A stretch of 64,000 nt of DNA from Octopus vulgaris (taxonomy: Eukaryota). The DNA is taken from NCBI GenBank assembly GCA_951406725.2, contig OX597814.1, forward strand, positions 119,164,001 through 119,228,000. The letters are read 5' to 3'. A program made the translations under genes and the position numbers. Shown piece by piece: positions 25,881-37,030 of this stretch (position 1 is the stretch's first letter; each line of letters opens with the position of its first letter). The notes under the pieces are model-generated. The model did not search any database. It was not told the DNA's origin and worked only from the letters and a program-made list of their open reading frames with translations.

Positions 25881-28684
25881 CGTACAGGTATCAATTATCT
25901 ACTTAGTTCTGTAAAGTGGAACGAGAGTAAAGCTTAGGAAGTTAAGAGATTGGGCGTCTGGTGGAGTGAAGTGGAAATCATTTGTAGAAGCTTTCCATGG
26001 TATATATAGTGAAAAACGATAATGTGCGAAGAAAAGCTTTACGCACATATATAGCTTACGGAACTGCTATGGTTAGAAATACCAGAGTAAACATTACTGG
26101 GTAGAGATCGTTTTCATATGTCTCCCAAAAATAAGCTGTGAGAAAACTTCGGCACTAAAAGCACAAAATTTAAGTTTTTGTTTCCGATGGTCACATTGTT
26201 AGTGTCTTCTCTTGTTTTCAACATGGCTGTCAAACTGGCATGTGTGGGTCATTTCCCCAGTCGTTATTGACTGTGTTCTTCGATTGTGGTACTGTAATGA
26301 AGCTACGAGTGAACTATTGTTCACTTGTAGCTTCATTATGGAGTTCGTGTATATGTGCTTTGTTTGTGTAGGATGTGGACGGGAATGCTGAAGAGGACAG
26401 CTGCATCGCTGTTTAAAAGGCAAGGATGGGTTGCAAGTTAGGGTTAGACAGACGGAGATTTAGTTGGGGCGAGTGCTAGATAGTTTTATCGGTAGATAGG
26501 ATTAAGTACTGATCCGAATCTAAGAGGACCATAGTTGGGAATTCGTATAAGCCTGTTTTAAAGACAATAAAAATACAAAGAGTGTTCAAAGCGTCAGTCT
26601 ATGAGGATTAGTGCGGTGACACTAGTAAATGTGGAGAAATTATGATTGTATAATTTCCCCTATATGCTCCATAAGCGTCGGTGTAGGGGGAATGAGTAAG
26701 CCAAGAACATTTGTGAATAATTGAATTATCAAAGCAGTAGAGACATGACCTGGATGAAGTTAGGTGGATTGTGGTGATAATGATACCGCAGAATACATGC
26801 ATTGCACCATCTCTGTGTTCTACCTAATTACCTGTTATAGACCTTTGTTCTTTTGTTGTTGGCAGGAATTGTCCGTCAGTGAGGAATCAGAAGCATGATC
26901 AATAATCGCAATCTAATCAAGCACTTGTTTACGGAGCAGATAAATGAATTTATAGATGTAAATAAAAGTGTGACTAATGAATGCAACGTGTGTAGTGGAT
27001 TTGAACGTAAAAGCTATTAGTCAGTACTTAATCTATTCATGTATTTCGCCTTTAATGCTGTAATGAATGAATATGCAAAAGCACATGCCTATACCATATG
27101 CCAGTTCATTTATATGCAGCAATGGCATAGAATAGACATTTACTGTCTTTAAAGAATGCAATGCATGAATAGATTTCAACTAACTGAATTTCGTTTAAAA
27201 AATATTTCTGCTAAGTGCTAGCTACTCGGGACAAAATATTTAAAATTAAATTAAGCTATATATAACATCTTGTTACGAAACAGAACAAGATGGAAAAACT
27301 TCTTCAATATTGATTTTTCTTAAGATAAAAATAAAGATAGAATTATATAACAAAATGTATTGTTCTATATTCTGTTATACAAATGGAATCGATTGCTTTT
27401 CGCGGTTTAGAAAATATTTCTATACTTTTTCTATCTCTTTTGTGTTAAGTTGTCCTAGACAATATCTGCATGCTTCCGAATCACTTATTTCATCCAAAAT
27501 GTTCTTTCAATAATCTTACTAATAATTTATATGCCATTCTTTCAAAGCCAATGCAAACACGTCATGTTCTTCATACCTCAGCTAGCTTACACACGAAAAG
27601 GAAATGCAGAATATTTATTTGTTTCTCTATGATTTTATATAAAAAAACAATAATGAAACAGGAAGAAGAATATAGCAAATTATACAATAGCGACATGGAA
27701 AGGAAACGACAAAAAGATTTTAATAACGGAAAATACCATGAATTAATTTGAATAAAATATTATTCAAAATACAACATACGTAACAATCCTTTGAATGTCA
27801 GTATTGTGACACGAAACGCAAAATCCAAGTTTTAGCAAGTACAAATTCTTATGCTTTAATAAATCATCATCTGAGTCCTTTCAGTTCAAATCCTGATCCT
27901 CTCAGCGCATGGACCTTTTTTCTTTAACAGTAATTCATTTTGAAATGTGCAAATTATACAAATTATAAGGCCTTCTGTAATGTACCTGAACAAACCCCAT
28001 CTAATTTCTATAGAAGTCGTGTTGAATATAATAATATATTAACCAATGTCATCTAAGATGTTATATTTTTGAAAGAATGTAAAATGCAACCAAAGAAAAT
28101 CTGGTAGCTATTTATAGTAGTTTGAACAATTATAAAGCAGCTTCCTTAATTCTGCGAAGGAATTTTATTATTATTTTCTGGTTCGAAGAGCATTGTTTAT
28201 GTATAAGAATTATGAAAATATTACATGACAAAGACTCCAAAGTTTTGACTTCATCACTCTAACCACATTATTTCTGTAGAGGAAACAGTTGTTTCCAGTT
28301 GAATAATTCATATAATGTTCATGCAATCGTTCACAAAGAAATGCAGGTAGGTAGAAGTTTAGGCTGGTCACGTCTTTACTGTTGTTATTTAGAGTCTTGT
28401 TTTCTTTCTCTTTCCTTGTACTGAAAACAAGGAATACATTAAATACAAGTAAAGAAATTAGCATCATCCTAAACTTAACACCTGCCGACATTCTTTTGGG
28501 AAATAGATTGGACAAACCTAGTTACTAAAGGCTTAAATACTGAATGTTGTTCCTTTGACATTTAAACCGTCAAAATCCAATAATACCAAAATCAACAAAG
28601 ATATTATCACATCTACTGCCAACCTAACAATGAGAAACACCCTGTTTACAAAGTTCTACATGCATAACTATATTCTAATCGATA

Positions 28685-29057
28685 GGCGTAGGAGTGGCTG
28701 TGTGGTAAGTAGATTGCTTACCAACCACATGGTTCCGGGTTCAGTCCCACTGCGTAGCACCTTGGGCAAGTGTCTTCTACTATAGACTCGGGCTGACCAA
28801 AGCCTTGTGTGTAGATTTGGTAGACGGAAACTGAAAGAAGCCCGTCGTATATATGTGTGTGTGTTCCCTCAACATGGCTTGACAACCGATGCTGGTGTGT
28901 TTACGTCCCTGTGACTTAGCGGTTCGTTAAAAGATTCCTATAGAATAAGTACTAGGCTTAAAAAGAATTAGTCCCGGGGTCGATTTGCTCGACTAAAGGC
29001 GGTGCTCTAGCATGGCCGCAGTCAAATGACTGAAACAAGTAAAAGAGTAAAGAGTAA
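28685..29057 (+). mobile_element. SINE family A, full length
   Basis: GGCGTAGGAGTGGCTGTGTGGTAAG (A box), GGGTTCAGTCCC (B box), CCTTGGGCAAGTG body, internal (TA)(TG), AAAAGAGT-type tail. Confidence 0.93.
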
Positions 29058-29711
29058 TAACATATCCCCAAATTTAATCAACTGAAAATCTTCCAAACAC
29101 CTTTCTATAACAACCGGATAACGGAAGTACCACCCTCAAACCCTCAGACCCAAAGATGATCTTAACTCAACTGAGACTATATAAAGGTAAGCCTAACTCT
29201 AATGCATCGCACTCCGGTGATGACGTATTTGGCCAAAACTTCAAAGTCACTGTCAACATTCTTGTATAAAGAATAATAAAGTTGTACTCTAAAAAAAATA
29301 TTGTAAGCCATCAGATTCACGAAGAATGGTTTTTATTATAACTAAATATAAAAATAAACTTGAGCATATTTGCATGTATGTACGTGTGTATGTGTGCGTG
29401 AGTGTGTGTGCGTGTGTGTGTGTGTTTATGTGTATGTAAGTAATGGGGTGCGCGCGCTAGAGATGAGTGAATCTAGTCATGCATATAAAAATGCATTCTC
29501 CTACATCTGTTTATCGAGATGGCGTACCAAATTCAGTAATCTCGCAATGATGTGATAACTGAATATTTATATTTATTTTTAGATTTGATGAAAAAAGCAG
29601 CAGACGCGAAGCATATTAGCTGTTAATGATCTATATGTGTATGTGTGTGCCGCTAGCTTCTGCACGCATTTTTTTCTCTCCTTGTTTGTCTCCGTGTTTC
29701 TTTTCTGTGTA

Positions 29712-29749
29712 TCTTTCTGTTGAAGAGTGTAGGCTCGAAACCTAAAAGA
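29712..29749 (+). ncRNA. Minimal hammerhead-like motif, variant core
   Basis: TCTTT-CTGTTGAA-GAG(TGTAGG)CTC-GAAAC-CT-A-AAAGA; stems I and II intact, stem III mutated. Confidence 0.55.
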
Positions 29750-29960
29750 CTTGTTTTATTTATATTCCTGAGCGCCATACTAATACAATTGTTTGTTTGT
29801 ATTCCACCTGCCTTCGTCTTTTGTTTATTTTCATTAAGCTTCCCGTTATATATATATATATATATATATATGGATAATTCACCCAAAAATTAAAAAGACG
29901 AAGACAGGTGGTATAGACAACAAACAGATGTATTAGTATAACGTTCGGGAAGTGAAAAAA

Positions 29961-29998
29961 TCTTTAACGTTTCGAGCCTACGCTCTTCCACAGAAAGA
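29961..29998 (-). ncRNA. Minimal hammerhead-like motif, variant core, palindromic stem III
   Basis: RC: TCTTT-CTGTGGAA-GAG(CGTAGG)CTC-GAA-ACGT-T-AAAGA. Confidence 0.65.
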
Positions 29999-30039
29999 AG
30001 CAAGGAGAGAAAATACAGAATGTGTAGTAGCTAGCGATC

Positions 30040-30156
<117 letters not shown>

Positions 30157-30394
30157 GACACACTATTTTCGCCATTACATTTTCGAAAAAGAAGTTTAGT
30201 GTACCCCAATCAGCTCAAAGCAATATCTGCGTACCAATGGTTTCTGGGTTATTTCCACCATCAGCACAGAATAACTGCTCGGCTAGAGATGGCGCCACTA
30301 AACTTTTCAAAGTGATACACATTCACTGATCTAATAAACAGAAAAATATTATTTCTAAATCTCTAAACAAGAGACATTCAGTAACAGTACTCTA

Positions 30395-30550
30395 GAGAAA
30401 AGATTATTTGCCATCATAATGTGGCAGCCCTGGTTAGGACAATTGTTACTATTATTTAGCCAGCTGGAGACGATGTTTCTTGCGGCTAAATAACAGTAAC
30501 AATTACCCTAACCAGGACTGCCACATTATGTTGGCAAATAATCTTTACTC
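30395..30550. mobile_element. Foldback/MITE-like palindrome
   Basis: Arms 30395-30461 and 30484-30550 are near-perfect inverted repeats (AAAGATTATTTGCCA.CATAATGTGGCAG.CCTGGTTAGG). Confidence 0.8.
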
Positions 30551-30595
30551 TCCCGCTGTCTCTCCCTATCTATCTGTCTCTCTCTCTCTCTCTCT

Positions 30596-30643
<48 letters not shown>

Positions 30644-30659
30644 TTCTATATATATATAT

Positions 30660-30715
<56 letters not shown>

Positions 30716-31253
30716 GAGTGAGAGAGCAGTGCATGCCATCAAAGTGATACTGGGGTAAAATATACGAAGCCCACTATACCCATCATGACTACCCGTCTGA
30801 TAAGAGTACACTAGGCACATGCATGACAACCATATGTGCGCGACATGGTGATCTCATATAAAGATACACAGCACATGACTTTGCAGGTGGGGCCCAGTTA
30901 GAATTTTCTTCTGGTCGAGTAACCCTTCACTCTCAAAAGCTCTCTGAATAAGGGTTGTTGAAGGATTTGAACGAAACACCCATGTTTCCAGAGGGGAATT
31001 ATTCAAACCCCAAAGAATCCCTCTCAACACATGGCTATGATGCTCCCCCACTACTTCTGCTCGTGATCAGAGAAGCCAATATTGTCAGCCACTAAGGGAC
31101 ATGGTCAAGTAGTTAATGTCAAACAACTGAAAAGGGAATCTGTGGTATTGAGCAGAATATTTGTTGTAGCCCATCTTTTATACCAAGACAAAACAAATGT
31201 ACAGTAAAGATGAGAAGCCATGAGAGCCACTGCCTGGTACTGCATCAAGGCAT
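30716..31253 (-). mobile_element. Non-coding family C retroelement in (TAA)n, probably R4/Dong-related
   Basis: Colinear second copy at 40827-41360; both abut (TTA)n; no ORF. Strand inferred from a (TAA)n tail. Confidence 0.75.
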
Positions 31254-31268
31254 TTATTATTATCATCA

Positions 31269-31317
<49 letters not shown>

Positions 31318-31379
31318 AAATAATATGCACCCGGGTCTTTAGTCATCCGTCAAAATGCCCAGTTAATGTACCTATGGCA

Positions 31380-31700
31380 GGGAAACTAAATTTAAGGACT
31401 TCTAACAGGAATAAGTGGAAAAACGAACAGAAATGGAAATAGCGGATAGCAGCTGAAACGTCTAGTAAGCATCTGTCCATATAAAAGTATATAACCAATT
31501 GTAGATTTGAGTATTGCAAGTGAAATACCAAAGTCAACAACCTTATTGTCGGTGTCACTGGCATCGGGTCAATAAGATAGTGCTTTGAGAATTTGTCTAA
31601 CTCTGTTTCGCATGTTTATCCATGCGTTTTTAAAAGCTTGTTAATATATTAGTAGTGACACATGCCCATAGCCTCACCGTACAAAATAAACACAAAACAG
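31380..31700 (+). pseudogene. Decayed R4/Dong-type C-terminal remnant
   Basis: Traces such as LIVGVTG, resembling the PVIVGALG block of the 40.2 kb remnant; next to (TTA)n. Confidence 0.35.
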
Positions 31701-32074
31701 ATACATCATTGTATATCCGGTGTTATCTGCACAAATTTATTATCAGCAAAAATTAAATATAGTCCCTTAGAAATTATATTTTAGAATCATCACAGCAAAG
31801 TGCTGTAATGATTCTGAAATACAGCACATAAAACACTAACGGTATAGATTTTTTCTACACCTCTGTACATAGATACGCACACATACATACACACACACAA
31901 ATTTCTGTTATAGGGCGTGCGCTTGTGTACACGCGCGTACGCCTTGTTTTGGTACAGAAGGAATTTTGTCTCCAGTTTTTATTGCCTTAGAAGTTCAAAT
32001 CACACTGTTCTGGGTACAAAGTGACAAACTTTTCAACAACATCAAATAACAACGTCATATATATACACACACAT

Positions 32075-32112
<38 letters not shown>

Positions 32113-32317
32113 CGATAGGTGAATGAATTATCCTATGTTTACCGTGAACATGGATAATTCGATGAACCAATACCAAGGTAGCAAATTCACGTCAAAAACA
32201 CGGTTGGAACGACCTATCCAAGGGTAGAAACTTCGGGTTCATGTGCAGAAATTTGTGTGTTATACATGAATAACTAAATAAATGGGGTTGAACGAAGATG
32301 TTAACAAAATTCATTTA

Positions 32318-32385
32318 CTTTCGACATATGTTTCGAAGACAACATGGAATAAATGGTGCACGATGCAATCTTCTCATCAGGAAAG
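32318..32385 (-). ncRNA. Canonical minimal type I hammerhead ribozyme
   Basis: RC: CTTTC-CTGATGA-GAAGA..TCTTC-GAAAC-ATAT-GTC-GAAAG. All three stems pair; stem III ACATATGT is a perfect palindrome; GUC site. Confidence 0.88.
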
Positions 32386-33114
32386 AAAGGGATCCTCTCT
32401 CAACAACAAGACAAAATAATAATTGCGATGACTGCCTACATGGTAAACAAAACGATAATAAGTGTTTTAAAAAACCCGTTAGTAGAATTGACGTCAAAGT
32501 CATCGGTACCGATGTCTTCTTCTATATAGGTGCGTCCACTTCCCAGTTATCCAAGATAATTTCAAACCATTATTCATCATTTAGGGATAGTAAAAAACGA
32601 CATAGTACAGGCCTAAGTAAATTAGTTTGGCGTCTTAAAGACAATAATATAGATTTTAAGTTAGATTGGTTCATACTGTCTGTATCCTTTCCTTTTGATA
32701 AGGGCAGGAGATTTTGCAACATTTGCAACTCTGAACTCTTCCATATTCTCTTCTCTAAGGATCCCCTTGTAAACACACTTACAGAGAAATCGTACAAATG
32801 TAAACACTGGCAGAAACATACTTTTTACTCATATAAATGATTTCGATAGTCATTATAGTTTGAACAATTAGTTTAACGTGCACTCCACTTCAATAGAGAA
32901 ATTCTTTCCTAAGCCTTTGAACAGTATTTTAATCAACTTACCCCTCCCTCTCTATTTGTTCCCTACTTATTATTTCTTTAACCCTTCTCTTCCTACTATC
33001 TAACTTTGACGTCAATTCTACTAAAGTTTTTTTTTAAACACTTATCGTTTTGTTTACCATGTAGGCAGTCATTGCAATTATTATTTTGTCTTGTTGTTGA
33101 GAGAAGCTCTCTTT

Positions 33115-33196
33115 CTTTCCTGATGAGAAGATTGCTTATTGCACCGTTTATTCCTTTGGAATAAAACCATGTTGTCTTCAAAACATATGTCGAGAG
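33115..33196 (+). ncRNA. Hammerhead motif with G12->A core mutation
   Basis: CTTTC-CTGATGA-GAAGA..TCTTC-AAAAC-ATAT-GTC-GAGAG; sister of 32318-32385. Confidence 0.75.
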
Positions 33197-34224
33197 TAAA
33201 GTAATTTTGTTAACATCTTCGTTCAACTCCATTTATTTATTTATTCATTCACATATATATATATATACACAGAGGGAGAGACAAATGATTAGAGAAAGGA
33301 AAGAGGAAGTGACAGAGTTACTAAGGGATGTGTGTGTGTTTGGTATACGTCTATCTCTTCCTCTCTCTCTCTCTCTCTGAGCAGGCCAAATCCTTGTCAA
33401 TGGACTTGTTTCACCGAAGCAGATAAAAGCCAGACGTATACATGTATGTGTTTGTATGTATGAATGTGTTGACGTATGGCTGTGCGCGTATATTTGTATG
33501 TATGTTTAAGTATGCATCCCCACATTTCATCACCGTTTTTTTCCGTTGAGGTTGTTAATCTTTTCATTGTTTTGGATTTCTTTCGTTTCTCTTTTATCTC
33601 CCTAGGGAATTCGTTGAAAAGCTATTTTCATTTAGTTTTTTCGTTTCTTTTAAATTTATTTACGGTATCCCTCGTATCCTTTTTCTCGTCTGACCTTTCG
33701 TCTGAAATTTCCAGTCAACATCTTAGCCAAAGTAAATAGATGGCTCATCTACGTAGTTTGATCTTAACATGAGCCCCCCCCCATCCACGGAGACCACCTG
33801 CGACCGTAAGTGTCGCAGGGGCTTAGCGACGGCCCTGGATCTAGGCATCTACTAAACAAGCTACCAACACAATTTTCACAATCTGCAGATACCTAAAATT
33901 AATTATAAGTCATTTATGTCTTCCATTCATAGGAAGCCTTCTGGCGTGTTTTTTAATAAGGGTTAACCAATTATATTACAGCCATGTCCAAGTCCTGTAC
34001 ATACTATATTTTATTACATTGTATTCACATTGTACTCTGTTGGTCATGTAAAGCCTCAACCAATCTCTTGGGTGCTTTTCTTGCTTCAAATTTCTGTGCG
34101 GTGTTCTCTACTTCTTACTCTTTTCATTTGTCTATGTTGATAGCAGATGGTAATTTTTTTTATCGTTCTCTCTCTCGCAGCCTGTGTTGCATTGTCACAA
34201 ATGTCACTCTCCCATGTACATATT

Positions 34225-34469
34225 TCTTACTTGTTTCTGCCATTTGATTGTGGCCATGCTGGAGCGCCGCCTTTAGTCGAGCATATCGACCCCAGGACTT
34301 AATCTTTGTAAGCCTAGTACTTATTCTATCGGCCTCTTTTACCGAACCGTTAAGTTACGGGGACGTAAACACACCAGCATCTGTTGTCAAGCGATGTTGG
34401 GGGAACAAACACAGACACACAAACATATACACACACATACATACATACATACATACATACATACATACA

Positions 34470-34518
<49 letters not shown>

Positions 34519-35000
34519 AATATTAGGGAATAAATCCAAATTTACAGGGAAAATCAGATTTAGGATTGAATCCAATTTTATAGTAAAATATTATATAATA
34601 TTAATTAGAGACAAAACCCCTATTTTGCAAACCAAACAAAGAAAGACTTAATCCAATACATAAAACAATTTTAATATAAATTAAATAAAATATTAGTGGC
34701 GAATATAATTTTATTTAATTTATATTAAAATTGTTTTATGTATTGAATTAAGTCTTTCTTTGTTTGATTTGCAAAATAGTGGTTTTGTCTCTAATTCATA
34801 TTATATATATATATATATATATATGCATATACATATACGACGGGCTTCTTTCAGTTTCCGTCTACCAAATCCACTCACAAGGCTTTGGTCGGCCTGAGGC
34901 CATAGTAGAAGAGACTTGCCCAAGGTGCCACGCATGGGGACTGAACCCGGAACAATGTGGTTGGTAAGCAAGCTACTTACCTCACATCTACTCCTACGTC
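34225..35000 (-). mobile_element. SINE family A split by an insertion in its internal (TA)n
   Basis: 3' half at 34225-34430 and 5' half at 34835-35000 match family A. Confidence 0.9.
34515..34807. repeat. AT-rich foldback insertion
   Basis: Arms ~34592-34691 and ~34708-34807 are near-perfect inverted repeats. Confidence 0.85.
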
Positions 35001-35639
35001 TATATTTATACTGATACACGTTCATGCACTCAATCTGAATTTAGCTACTATTGCATCACTCACCCTTCCTCTCATATTCTTTTTTCTCAAACCAGTCATA
35101 CTGCTTTTATTTCCTCACACACACACACACATACACACACATTGACACAAACACACTCATACACACACTTACCACACACACACACGATCCTCGTACATTC
35201 GATTTATAATGCATCATAAATGTCTATAAATTCATGACAATTACAAGAGACGAAGTTCAGCAGATGAAGATATAAGTGAAATACTTACCATAGATCCGAG
35301 TAAATAATGATATCCAAATTTATTCATGCCGACTTCACTGATCTGAAAAATAAGAAAATAGACATTTTGAGATATAGAATTATTTTTTATTAGGAATTAT
35401 ATTTCTTAGAGTATATTTTTTGAACTTATTCTTTTCATTGTTGCTCATGTTAGCCGTAAACTGTCACGTTTCGTTTAGCAGTAATGCATCGATATTAAAA
35501 ATTGTTTTCTTTTTTAGGTTTATTTATTTATTCATTTGCTTTTTTACTACCAAAAAGTTTAGGGACAATTTAATTCTAGCGATATCCGTGTATAGTTTTC
35601 ATTTAAAAGCGAAGATGAGCCCAGGCATCGATTATCCTC

Positions 35640-35780
35640 CTCATCATCAGTAGCAGTAGGAAGAAGAAGAAGAAGAAGAAGAAGAAGAAGAAGAAGAAGA
35701 AAAAGAAGAAGAAGTAAAAGAATTAAAAAAAAGAAAAAGAAGAAGAAAAAGTAAAAGAAGAAGAAGAAGAAGGAGGAGGA
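35640..35780. repeat. (GAA)n-type trinucleotide tract
   Basis: Directly visible. Confidence 0.9.
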
Positions 35781-35943
35781 GGCAGCGAACTGGCACAGAG
35801 TTTAAATTCCGCCGAGGACAACTTTGCGTTTCATCCTTTCGAGACCGATAAAATAAGCACCTGTTGAGCACCGGACCCCAGGAATGCTAGATACCTCTCC
35901 CCCAGACTTGCTCATCTTGAGCCAAACTTTCAAACCGTTGTTT

Positions 35944-35975
<32 letters not shown>

Positions 35976-36180
35976 ATTATTATTCGTGCGATGAGCTGGT
36001 AGAGTCGTTAGTACGCCAGGAGAAATGTTTAACGGCATTCGTCCGTCTTTACTTTCTGAGTTCAAATTCCACGGAAGTCGACTTTGCTTTTCATCCTTTC
36101 GGAGTCGATAAAATAAGTACGAGTGTAATGAATTAGTCTCTTCCGCCAAAATTTCAGGCATTGTGCCTATAGCAGAAAGA

Positions 36181-36241
<61 letters not shown>

Positions 36242-36490
36242 GTGTTGTTGTTGCTGTTGTTGTTATTGTAGCAGTAATAAAACTGTAGGAACGTTAGCGC
36301 TTCGGACTGATTGCGTAGCAACATTTCTTCCGGTTCTTCATGTTCTGAGTTCAAATGCTGTTGACACCAACTATCTTATTGATCTCAGGAGATGGATGCA
36401 TTAAAATATTAGTAAATTACTAGGATCCATGTAATCGACTTTCCCCCTCCCCTCAAACGTTGTGGCTTTTGTTCCAAAATTAGAGTGAAT
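35781..36490 (+). mobile_element. Three head-to-tail copies of tRNA-derived SINE family B separated by (TTG)n/(TTA)n
   Basis: Copies ~35781-35936, 35988-36180, 36281-36490 share GAGTTCAAATTCC (B box), then GTCGACTTTGC.TTTCATCCTTTCGG.GTCGATAAAATAAGTAC; the third is more decayed. Confidence 0.85.
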
Positions 36491-36659
36491 TATTACAATT
36501 ATTATTAATACAAGCCTCATAATAGTCTACGTTATGTTTTTTCTTTTACTTCTGCTGATGCGATTCAATTATTTCAAAGAATAGGGAGTGAGGATACATC
36601 TTTCGCCCAATTAAGTTACGAAAAACATGCTTATGAATACTCGTGTTGTTACTTGATGC

Positions 36660-37030
36660 TCAACAGAAAATATTTGTAACACTCTCTTAAAATTAGATGA
36701 TCCGAACACGTAAGCAATATGGAGCTATGGCAAAGAACAAATCAAGTTTCGATTAGGGAGCAAATATTTAAGAAAATCTGAAAGTGGATTGGTAGCACAA
36801 TTAGAAAAGACACACCAAATGTAGCGAAAAGTGCTTTACGGTGGAATCCGGATGGATATAGAAAGAGAGGTAAGCCTAAGAACTCGTGGCGTAGACCAAC
36901 ACAAAAGGAACTAGAGAAAGGGGGACATTCATGGCAGAGTATAAGTACAGAAGCGAAAAATTACGTGACATGGAATTCAATTATAACTGGCCTATACTCC
37001 GCGTTGAGAGGTTAAAGGCAGGAAAAAGAA
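36660..37030 (+). mobile_element. RTE-clade LINE 3' end fragment
   Basis: SNMELWQRTNQ..KWIGSTIRK..AKSALRWNPDGYRKRGKPKNSWRR..ELEKGGHSW..AKNYVTW..GLYS. Confidence 0.88.

Larger units (their letters stand above)
32268..33250 (+). mobile_element. PLE 3' remnant: inverted pLTR copy + GIY-YIG C-terminus + 3' pLTR
   Basis: 32268-32500 is the reverse complement of 33003-33250. Between them: FFYIGASTSQLSKIISNHYSSFRDSKKRHSTGLSKLVWRLK..W.IL..CNICNSE..LVN..KCKH (PLE endonuclease), stop at 32840. Confidence 0.9.

Noticed and set aside
26388-26420. CTGAAGA-GGACAG..CTGTTT-AAAA (also CTGACCA..GAAA at ~11263)
   Set aside because: Core mutated and no stems I/III; too degenerate to call.
26438-26447. TTAGGG telomere-like hexamers (also ~50031)
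   Set aside because: Only one or two units; not an interstitial telomeric array.
28210-28515. 101-aa ORF with a hydrophobic N-terminal stretch
   Set aside because: No recognisable domain; length within chance expectation.
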